Position numbers and translations under genes: made by a program
Assembly: GCA_002269645.1 (NCBI GenBank)
Contig: NIVC01000381.1
Coordinates: 124,001-188,000, forward strand
DNA: 64,000 nucleotides
Source of the DNA: Macrostomum lignano
Lineage: Eukaryota
Direction: 5' to 3'
Notes under the pieces: generated by a model
What the model was told of the DNA's origin: nothing
Databases searched by the model: none
What the model saw: only the letters and a program-made list of their open reading frames with translations
Shown here: one piece after another, positions 12,131 to 64,000 of the stretch
Numbering within the stretch: the stretch's first letter is position 1
Layout: each line of letters starts with the position of its first letter

Positions 12131-12353
12131 TCAAGTCAGCTCAGGCAGGCAGCTACACAACAGCAACATCGGAAGCTGCTCTGCACGCGGCACAATCAAA
12201 TGACAACGACAGCGGGCTGGAAACTCTGCTGTCTATCATCATCTAACAGAAAGACGGAGTCGGCGCCGCGCGGACAATTCTGAATCTGGACTGAAGTGAA
12301 TTTTTGATTTGCAGTTGCAGTCTGTTTTTGCCTTGTAGTTCTTTCGAGCGGTG

Positions 12354-53766
<41,413 letters not shown>

Positions 53767-54344
53767 AGCTTTCGGACAAATTTTGCTCACAATCCCAACT
53801 TTGTGATAGCCCTCAACTCCCTGTGCCAAAAACCTCTAACCCTGGCGTGTCTAAAAATAGCATCGGGGAATCCCCCCTAGCTCAGCCGCCGCCATTCAAG
53901 TCTCAAGTTGGTTAAAGCTGTATTTTTACTAAGCTACCTAATTGATATATCAACAAATATTGATGCAAATTTCTACTTAAAGTAATGCATACAGACATCT
54001 TATCATCTTTATATGTCAGCAATTAGTGTATAAAAACTTTTTTGGTTTTAGAACCGTCTCCAGTTAAACTACTTTTAGTAGTTCTTATTAGTTATTTTAC
54101 ATTTGTCTCTTAGTTGCATAAAAAACGGTTTTTTGTCGTCAACTTATCTCCACCGAAACTCGCCTAATTGGATTTTCTCTCTCAGGGCTGTTTGTGTACT
54201 TGTAGTTGCTTTTTAAATTTCATGCTATCACAATGTTCACCTTGATAATCAATATCTTTCTTTTCTAATCTTAGTATCTTGTTCTATTTTTAGTACCCAA
54301 AATGCTTTGGATACCGCTTAGGGGGAGTTGAAATTCGGAAATTT

Positions 54345-56605
54345 TCGGATCAGATTTCGTGAACTATTCGGGATCAGAGTCTGTGAATATTCAGGATCAG
54401 AGTCTGTGAATATTCGGGATCAGAGTCTGTGAATATTCAGGATCAGAATCTGTGAGCTATTCGGGATCAGAGTCTGTGAATATTCGGGATCAGAGTCTGT
54501 GAATATTCGGGATCAGAGTCTGTGAATATTCGGGATCAGAGTCTGTGAATATTCAGGATCAGAATCTGTGAGCTATTCGGGATCAGAGTCTGTGAATATT
54601 CGGGATCAGAGTCTGTAAATATTCGGGATCAGAATCTGTGAGCTATTCGGGATCAGAGTCTGTGAATATTCGGGATCAGAATCTGTGAGCTATTCGGGAT
54701 CGGAATCTGTGAGCTATTCGGGATCAGAGTCTGTGAATATTCGGGATCAGAGTCTGTGAATATTCGGGATCAGAATCTGTGAATATTCGGGATCAGAATC
54801 TGTGAGCTATTCGGGATCAGAGTCTGTGAATATTCGGGATCAGAGTCTGTGAATATTCGGGATCAGAATCTGTGAATATTCGGGATCAGAATCTGTGAGC
54901 TATTCGGGATCAGAGTCTGTGAATATTCTAGATCAGAATCTGTGAGCTATTCGGGATCAGAGTCTGTGAATATTCGGGATCAGAGTCTGTGAATATTCGG
55001 GATCAGAATCTGTGAATATTCGGGATCAGAATCTGTGAGCTATTCGGGATCAGAGTCTGTGAATATTCGGGATCAGAGTCTGTGAATATTCGGGATCAGA
55101 ATCTGTGAATATTCGGGATCAGAATCTGTGAGCTATTCGGGATCAGAGTCTGTGAATATTCTAGATCAGAATCTGTGAGCTATTCGGGATCAGAGTCTGT
55201 GAATATTCGGGATCAGAATCTGTGAGCTATTCGGGATCGGAATCTGTGAGCTATTAGGGATCAGAGTCTGTGAATATTCGGGATCAGAGTCTGTGAATAT
55301 TCAGGATCAGAATCTGTGAGCTATTCGGGATCAGAGTCTGTGAATATTCGGGATCAGAGTCTGTGAATATTCAGGATCAGAGTCTGTGAATATTCGGGAT
55401 CAGAATATCGGGATCAGAATCTGTGAATATTCGGGATCAGAATCTGTGAGCTATTCGGGATCAGAGTCTGTGAATATTCTAGATCAGAATCTGTGAGCTA
55501 TTCGGGATCAGAGTCTGTGAATATTCGGGATCAGAATCTGTGAGCTATTCGGGATCGGAATCTGTGAGCTATTAGGGATCAGAGTCTGTGAATATTCGGG
55601 ATCAGAGTCTGTGAATATTCAGGATCAGAATCTGTGAGCTATTCGGGATCAGAGTCTGTGAATATTCGGGATCAGAGTCTGTGAATATTCAGGATCAGAG
55701 TCTGTGAATATTCGGGATCAGAGTCTGTGAATATTCGGGATCAGAATCTGTGAGCTATTCGGGATCGGAATCTGTGAGCTATTCGGGATCAGAATCTGTG
55801 AATATTCGGGATCAGAATCTGTGAGCTATTCGGGATCAGAATCTGTGAGCTATTCGGGATCGGAATCTGTGAGCTATTCGGGATCGGAATCTGTGAGCTA
55901 TTAGGGATCGGAATCTGTGAGCTATTCGGGATCGGAATCTGTGAGCTATTCGGGATCGGAATCTGTGAATATTCGGGATCAGAGTCTGTGAATATTCAGG
56001 ATCAGAATCTGTGAGCTATTCGGGATCAGAGTCTGTGAATATTCGGGATCAGAGTCTGTGAATATTCAGGATCAGAATCTGTGAGCTATTCGGGATCAGA
56101 GTCTGTGAATATTCGGGATCAGAATCTGTGAATATTCGGGATCAGAATCTGTGAGCTATTCGGGATCGGAATCTGTGAGCTATTCGGGATCGGAATCTGT
56201 GAGCTATTCGGGATCGGAATCTGTGAGCTATTAGGGATCGGAATCTGTGAGCTATTCGGGATCGGAATCTGTGAGCTATTCGGGATCGGAATCTGTGAGC
56301 TATTCGGGATCGGAATCTGTGAGCTATTCGGGATCGGAATCTGTGAGCTATTCGGGATCGGAATCTGTGAGCTATTCGGGATCGGAATCTGTGAGCTATT
56401 AGGGATCGGAATCTGTGAGCTATTCGGGATCGGAATCTGTGAGCTATTCGGGATCGGAATCTGTGAGCTATTCGGGATCGGAATCTGTGAGCTATTCGGG
56501 ATCGGAATCTGTGAGCTATTCGGGATCGGAATCTGTGAGCTATTCGGGATCGGAATCTGTGAGCTATTCGGGATCGGAATCTGTGAGCTATTCGGGATCG
56601 GAATG
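54345..56605. repeat. 23/24-bp minisatellite (GAATATTCGGGATCAGAGTCTGT / GAGCTATTCGGGATCGGAATCTGT)
   Basis: Direct reading; the 24-bp variant is homogeneous at the 3' end. Confidence 0.96.
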
Positions 56606-57229
56606 AGGGCACTCGAGTAAAAAATTACCCTCCTACTGTACTGACCAGAATTCTTCGCGCACTACTCGCATCAGTAAGTAGTTAGTTTAGCGCGCTTGCA
56701 TTTTCATACGGCAGACCTCTTCGACTTTGACCGCGTCGCTTCCGCTCTGCTGAAGCCGTTTTGTTTGCTGGCTGCTGGTTCTTTTTATATTTTCACTTTG
56801 AAACGGCCTCTGCAATACAAATTGAATTATTTCCCTGCCTGTCTGCTTCTCTTCGAGTGTCATCCAAGAACTCTTAACTCGTTTTGCTGAACATTTTAGT
56901 CGCACAACAAACAAACCGACAATTGAAACGGCATAATGCAATTTTTTAATTCGATAGTATGAAATTTTGTGTAAATACTTTGTGCATAGCGAAAAACCTG
57001 TACTTGAAAAGAAAATATGTTGTACGTGCAAAACAGAAATGCGATTCAATTCATTGAAAATATATATTTGCTCTATGAAAATCATTCACTTCGCGCTCTA
57101 TTTGTCTCTCTGTCCGCTTCTGCACTCGTAAAACGTTGTGCCTAGAGATGATTTAGTCAGTTAATAAATACTTTGATTTCTATTCGCTTTTGTTACTTAA
57201 ATTTTTTAAACTAAAAATGATAGATTATT

Positions 57230-57755
57230 GCTTCTCGCTGATTGGCCAGAACTATTGAAAACGATTCCTGTCTTTATTAACAACCTCGCTCCACATGACG
57301 ATAGCTCGTCGCTGATTAGCTAGAAGAACTATTGGGATAGATTTCTGCCTGTATTTATCACCTACCCACTTCACATGACGATAGCTCGTCGCTGATTGGC
57401 TAGAAGAACTATTGGGATAGATTTCTGCCTGTATTTATCACCTACCCCACTTCACATGACGATAGCTCGTCGCTGATTGGCTAGAAGAACTATTAAGATA
57501 GATTTCTGTCTGTATTTATCACCTACCCCACTTCACATGACGATAGCTCGTCGCTGATTGGCTGGAAGGACTATTAGGATAGATTTCTGTTTGTATATAT
57601 TACCCCACCTCACACCACATGATGATAGCTCGTCGCTGATTGGCTAGAAGGACTATTAGGATAGATTTCTGTCTGTATATATCACCCCACCTCACACCAC
57701 ATGACGATAGCTCGTCGCTGATTGGCTAGAAGGACTGTCAGAAATGATTCCTGTC
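57230..57755. repeat. ~81-bp tandem repeat, about 6.5 copies
   Basis: CACATG unit starts at 57292, 57372, 57453, 57534, 57616 and 57698. Confidence 0.92.
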
Positions 57756-57887
57756 TGCAAGAGTGAAGTAAAAACCTGCTAGAGAAAACATACTGACACA
57801 TGCTTTATTATTATAGAAGATCTGCAAGAGTGAAGTAAAAACCTGCTAGAGAAAACATACTGACACATGCTTTATTATTATAGAAGA
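57754..57887. repeat. 67-bp tandem duplication
   Basis: TCTGCAAGAGTG...TATAGAAGA occurs twice (57754, 57821). Confidence 0.9.
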
Positions 57888-58264
57888 AGGCCATCAATTC
57901 TCGGCACTTTGCTTACCGCACGCAGATTAAAGACGCGTGGGGCGCGAAGAAAAATTCTCCGATTGCAAGATGATGAATGAATGGATGCCATCATCAGGCT
58001 CTTCTTTCTGCAGGCTTACCTTCTCCCTTCTCTAGTGATAGATAGCATCCAATAGGGATAGAGTGAACTGAATGTCCGAAAAGTGGAGCAACTTGTCCTG
58101 CTGCTTGTTTTCGACCCGTATAAAATCCAGCCGAGCTTGAGCTGGCCATTCGCTTTGCTGTTCTCCGATAAGCGGGCTTGGACACTTCTTTAGCAGTTCT
58201 GGAACAATTCTGTAAGCTGTTTATGGTAATTTTGTAGGTGTTTGAAAGATCTTTTATCTAACGG

Positions 58265-59720
58265 ATTATCCTGTATCTAACAGGAAGCATTCCGTGTCTA
58301 ACAGATATCATTCCGTGTCTAATGGATAATCATTCTCTGTCTAATAGATAATCATTCCGTGTCTAATAGATAATCATTCCGTGTCTAATAGATAATCATT
58401 CCGTGTCCAATGGATAATCATTCCGTGTCTAATACATAATCATTCCGTGTCTAATAGATAATCATTCCGTGTCCAATGGATAATCATTCTGTGTCTAATA
58501 GATAATCATTCCGTGTCTAGTAGATAATCATTCCGTGTCTAATAGATAATCATTCCGTGTCTAATAGATAATCATTCCGTGTCTAATAGATAATCATTCC
58601 GTGTCTAATAGATAATCATTCCGTGTCTAATAGATAATCATTCCGTGTCTAATAGATAATCATTCCGTGTCTAATAGATAATCATTCCGTGTCTAATAGA
58701 TAATCATTCCGTGTCTAATCGATAATCATCCGTGTCTAATAGATAATCATTCCGTGTCTAATAGATAATCATTCCGTGTCTAATACATAATCATCCGTGT
58801 CTAATAGATAATCATTCCGTGTCTAATAGATAATCATCCGTGTCTAATACATAATCATCCGTGTCTAATAGATAATCATTCCGTGTCTAATAGATAATCA
58901 TTCCGTGTCTAATACATAATCATTCCGTGTCTAATAGATAATCATTCCGTGTCTAATAGATAATCATTCCGTGTCTAATAGATAATCATTCCGTGTCTAA
59001 TAGATAATCATTCCGTGTCTAATCGATAATCATCCGTGTCTAATACATAATCATCCGTGTCTAATAGACAATCATTCCGTGTCTAATAGATAATCATCCG
59101 TGTCTAATAGACAGTCATTCCGTGTCTAACAGATATCATTCCGTGTCTAATACATAATCATACGTGTCTAATAGATAATCATTCTGTGTCTAATAGATAA
59201 TCATTCCGTGTCTAATAGATAATCATTCCGTGTCTAATAGATAATCATCCGTGTCTAATAGATAATCATTCCGTGTCTAATAGATAATCATTCCGTGTCT
59301 GATGGATAATCATTCCGTGTCTAATGGATAATCATTTCGTGTCTAATAGATAATCATCCGTGTCTAATAGATAATCATTCCGTGTCTAATAGATAATCAT
59401 TCCGTGTCTAATAGATACTAATTCCGTGTCTAATAGATAATCATTCCGTGTCTAATAGATAATCATCCGTGTCTAATAGACAATCATTCCGTGTCTAACA
59501 GATATCATTCCGTGTCTAATAGATAATCATTCTGTGTCTAATACATAATCATCCGTGTCTAATAGATAATCATTCCGTGTCTAATAGATAATCATTCCGT
59601 GTCTGATGGATAATCATTCCGTGTCTGATGGATAATCATTCTGTGTCTAACAGGTAGCATTCCCTGTCTAACAGGTAGCATTTACTGCCTAACAGGTAGC
59701 ATTCCCGTGTCTAACAGGTA
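58265..59720. repeat. 22-bp minisatellite (ATAATCATTCCGTGTCTAATAG)n
   Basis: Direct reading. Confidence 0.95.
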
Positions 59721-60251
59721 TCTAAGAGGTACGTGTTTAACAGATTATATTTCGTACCTAACAAGCAGTCCGTTAACATGGGTTAACATCCCGAGGTCTA
59801 ATTCTCCAAATCTAGCAGATCTAACAGCCTATTAAATGTTCTGATGCACGTCGCAATGAATTTGGGTTTAACTACTTCGAACAGTATTCGTCCAGATTAT
59901 CCCGTGACTTGGCCTCCCATTCCAAGCATATCTCTATTGAGATTTGGAGAGCAACAAACGGGACCAGCTCGCGGCTCGGATTAGCGAAGGATTTAAGTCC
60001 CCGAATTTCCCAGTGTCTGCGCACAGCTCAGGAAAAAACTATATCTGAGAGCTGGTTAGCCTAATTAATAGAAACCTGAGCATTTTATAGCCTGAACGTG
60101 TCGGGCTTATGAGCGAATCGGATCAGTTCGGCTCGCATCCTCAGGACTGGATGCTCCAGATAGCAGGACAAAGAGCTGAGCAGGTCCTGGCTGTTTGCGA
60201 TTTGCATTAAGTATTTACAACTTGAGCTGCGAATAGGCATAATAGGCACAA

Positions 60252-62050
60252 TAGTGAGACAGCATTGTGACAGCAGTGAGACACCTGTGAGACAGCAATG
60301 AGACAGCAGTGAGACAGCAGTGAGACAGCAGTGAGATACCAGTGAGACACCAGTGAGACAGCAGTGAAACACCTGTGAGATACCTGTGAGACAGCAGTGA
60401 GACACCAGTGAGACACCAGTGAGATACCTGTGAGAGAGCAGTGAGACACCTGAGAGACAGCAGTGAAACACCTGTGAGACAGCAGTGAAGCATCAGTGAG
60501 ACAGCAGTGAAACACCTGTGAGACAGCAGTGAAGCATCAGTGAGACAGCAGTGAGACACCTGTGAGACAGCAGTGAAACATCAGTGAGACAGCAGTGAGA
60601 CACCTGTGATACAGCAGTGAAACACCTGTGAGACAGCAATGAGATACCAGTAAGACACCAGTGAGACAGCAGTGAGACAGCAGTGAGATACTGTGAGACA
60701 CCTGTGAGACACCTGTGAGACAGCAATGAGATACCAGTGAGACACCAGTGAGACAGCAGTGAGATAACAGTGAGACACCAGTGAGACAGCAGTGAGACAC
60801 CTGTGAGACAGCAGTGAAACACCTGTGAGATAGCAGTGAGACAGCAGTGAGACACCAGTGAGACACCAGTGAGATACCTGTGAGAGAGCAGTGAGACACC
60901 TGAGAGACAGCAGTGAAACACCTGTGAGACAGCAGTGAAACATCAGTGAGACAGCAGTGAGACACCTGTGAGACAGCAGTGAAACATCAGTGAGACAGCA
61001 GTGAGACACCTGTGAGACAGCAGTGAAACACCTGTGAGACAGCAGTGAGACACCAGTGAGACACCAGTGAGATACCTGTGAGAGAGCAGTGAAACACCTG
61101 AGAGACAGCAGTGAAACACCTGTGAGACAGCAGTGAAGCATCAGTGAGACAGCAGTGAGACACCTGTGAGACAGCAATGAGATACCAGTGAGACACCAGT
61201 GAGACAGCAGTGAGATACCAGTGAGACACCAGTGAGACAGCAGTGAGACACCTGTGAGACAGCAGTGAAACACCTGTGAGATAGCAGTGAGACACCAGTG
61301 AGACACCAGTGAGATACCTGTGAGAGAGCAGTGAGACACCTGAGAGACAGCAGTGAAACACCTGTGAGACAGCAGTGAAACATCAGTGAGACAGCAGTGA
61401 GACACCTGTGAGACAGCAGTGAAACATCAGTGAGACAGCAGTGAGACACCTGTGAGACAGCAGTGAAACACCTGTGAGACAGCAGTGAGATACCTGTGAG
61501 AGAGCAGTGAGACACCTGAGAGACAGCAGTGAAACACCTGTGAGACAGCAGTGAAGCATCAGTGAGACAGCAGTGAGACACCTGTGAGACAGCAATGAGA
61601 TACCAGTGAGACACCAGTGAGACAGCAGTGAGATACCAGTGAGACACCAGTGAGACAGCAGTGAGACACCTGTGAGACAGCAGTGAAACACCTGTGAGAT
61701 AGCAGTGAGACACCAGTGAGACACCAGTGAGATACCTGTGAGAGAGCAGTGAGACACCTGAGAGACAGCAGTGAAACACCTGTGAGACAGCAGTGAAGCA
61801 TCAGTGAGACAGCAGTGAGACACCTGTGAGACAGCAGTGAAACATCAGTGAGACAGCAGTGAGACACCTGTGAGACAGCAGTGAAACATCAGTGAGACAG
61901 CAGTGAGACACCTGTGAGACAGCAGTGAAACACCTGTGAGACAGCAGTGAGACACCAGTGAGACACCAGTGAGATACCTGTGAGAGAGCAGTGAGACACC
62001 TGAGAGACAGCAGTGAGATACCAGTGAGACACCAGTGAGACAGCAGTGAG
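60252..62050. repeat. Composite CAGTGAGACA/CCTGTGAGA minisatellite with higher-order blocks
   Basis: Direct reading; explains the Cys/His/Leu-rich ORFs. Confidence 0.94.
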
Positions 62051-62378
62051 GCAGTCAGCAGTTCAATAGCCCGAATATTTGCAGGATTCAAAGCAACAAA
62101 TGAAAGTCAGAACTGAGCTGAATGAAGTAAAATTTAATAAAGTTTCATTCAACCGTTTTAGATAGCAATAAATCAGTAATTAAATGTTGATCAGTTTAGT
62201 CAAAAAGTTGGGTCAATGCTTTAAAAGGCAATAAATTATGAATCTCGGTAAACTTCCCAACCACTTTTCCGATACAAATAGGCTTCACCCGGCTCCAAAT
62301 CTTGGGAATCTTACCATTCGTCATCACTGCGGAGCACAGAGGCACCAGGCAATGCTGAGAACTACTCAACTGAGCACT

Positions 62379-62463
62379 ATGGGACACTCGTCTGCTGTCT
62401 GCACTCGCTACCTGGGTCTGATGGCTATGCTGGTCGTCCTGGTGGCTGCGGCCACGGCTCACG
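62379..62463 (+). CDS. Neuropeptide precursor exon 1 (signal peptide)
   Basis: MGHSSAVCTRYLGLMAMLVVLVAAATAH + G|GTGAG (phase 1); an alternative in-frame ATG lies at 62352. Confidence 0.75.
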
Positions 62464-62519
62464 GTGAGACCACTCGGGAGGGAGACTGAGATGCAGATAT
62501 CAGAGTCGAGTGTGGGAAC

Positions 62520-62995
62520 AGAGAGTAGAGAGTAGAGACTCCAGTAGAGAGTAGAGAGTAGAGTAGAGAGTAGAGTAGAGAGTAGAGAGTAGAGTAGATA
62601 GTAGAGTAGAGAGTAGAGACTAGAGTAGAGAGTAGAGTAGAGAGTAGAGTAGAGAGTAGAGTAGAGAGTAGAGTAGAGAGTAGAGTAGAGAGTAGAGAGT
62701 AGAGTAGATAGTAGAGTAGAGAGTAGAGACTAGAGTAGAGAGTAGAGTAGAGAGTAGAGTAGAGAGTAGAGTAGAGAGTAGAGTAGAGAGTAGAGAGTAG
62801 AGTAGAGAGCAGAGTAGAGAGTAGAGTAGAGAGTAGAGTAGAGAGTAGAGTAGAGAGTAGAGAGTAGAGTAGAGAGCAGAGTAGAGAGTAGAGTAGAGAG
62901 TAGAGTAGAGAGTAGAGTAGAGAGTAGAGTAGAGAGTAGAGACTAGAGTAGAGTCAAGTAGAGAGTAGAGACATGAGTAGAGAGTAGAGTAGAGT
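62520..62995. repeat. (AGAGT/AGAGAGT)n simple repeat
   Basis: Direct reading. Confidence 0.93.
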
Positions 62996-63279
62996 TTGAA
63001 AAGGAGGTAGTAGAGAGAGAGAGGAGACAATACAATGGTAGTTGATGAGACGTCTGGAATTCCAGTTATAAACCGAATTTTTCTACCTTTTGCTTGTTAG
63101 TCAAATCAGCATGAAGGCAAAGTTTTATTAAATTAAAGATTGCACAAGCTTGAGATGGCGTTGGTGATCAAGTCATCTGCGGCTCAGCCTCCTCTAATTT
63201 CGTTTAACGCTCCGCTGAAAAATTTGAAGCTGAGCAGAAAGCGAAGAAAACTTCGTTGAAATTGTCTTTTAGACACAAT

Positions 63280-63502
<223 letters not shown>

Positions 63503-63538
63503 ATCAGAGGATTCAAAGTACAGCAAAAACCTTTTCAG

Positions 63539-63714
63539 ACTCAAACAGCGCTGTGTCGGCCGCCGAGCAAGAACTGGAGAGTTCGGTTTCAACAAAGCGT
63601 TTCGCCGATTTTAGAAAAAGATTCGCCGACTTCAAGAAGAGATTCGCCGACTTTAAGAGATTCGCCGACTTCAAGAAGCGGTTCGCCGACTTTAAGAGAT
63701 TTGCTGACTTCTGA
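63539..63714 (+). CDS. Neuropeptide precursor exon 2: six FADF peptides between basic cleavage sites
   Basis: CCTTTTCAG|AC (phase 1) [57 protein letters not shown]; copies differ at synonymous sites. Confidence 0.85.
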
Positions 63715-64000
63715 ATTGCGCAATGATTTGAACAAACTGAGATCTGCACCGAGTGGAAGCTTAGAATAGCCGTGAACGCTTTTCTCTCTGTCTTCGAATC
63801 AACAAAATTGACTGAGAAATAAAACTAGTGAATCATCAAGCAAATATGTTTTCTTTGCTGACTACTCTCAGTAAGATACTCGTAAAGAGATGTAAGGTGC
63901 TGCTGGTCTTGCTGTCTCCGTTTTTCAATTCTCTCCTCCCGTCTTCTGTCTTAGTCTTCGTATCTCCCATCTTAATCTCTGAGTAACTCCCATCTCAGTA

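Noticed and set aside
57230-57755. CRISPR-like or hammerhead-like reading of the 81-bp repeat
   Set aside because: The variable halves are homologous to each other rather than unique spacers, and the context is eukaryotic with no cas genes. The ATGACGA-stem-GAAG resemblance to a hammerhead core breaks C3 and A15.1 and has no stem I.

Overview
Eukaryotic (invertebrate animal) genomic DNA with GC-rich exons and introns filled with micro- and minisatellites. This architecture resembles the flatworm Macrostomum, but the organism is a guess. Main contents: (1) 1-4149, minus strand: a 5'-intact but internally damaged APE+RT non-LTR retrotransposon (R1/LOA-like), whose first ~210 nt fold into a complete HDV-like self-cleaving ribozyme starting at the element boundary. 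(2) 12354-53766, plus strand: an 11-exon anosmin-1/KAL1 orthologue (Cys box, WAP, four FnIII, probable C-terminal GPI signal). All splice phases are compatible and give a 2520-nt CDS (839 aa). (3) Intron 6 holds an apparently intact 3.44-kb Chapaev-like DNA transposon (226-bp TIRs, CCCA TSD, 680-aa transposase). Intron 7 holds nested hAT/MULE-like remnants inside a (TGTC)n tract. (4) 62379-63714, plus strand: a two-exon prepro-neuropeptide encoding six copies of FADF separated by KR/KKR/RKR sites, missed by the ORF track. Almost all other long ORFs in the track are artefacts of tandem repeats. All alignments, folds and translations were done by eye; no database searches were run.
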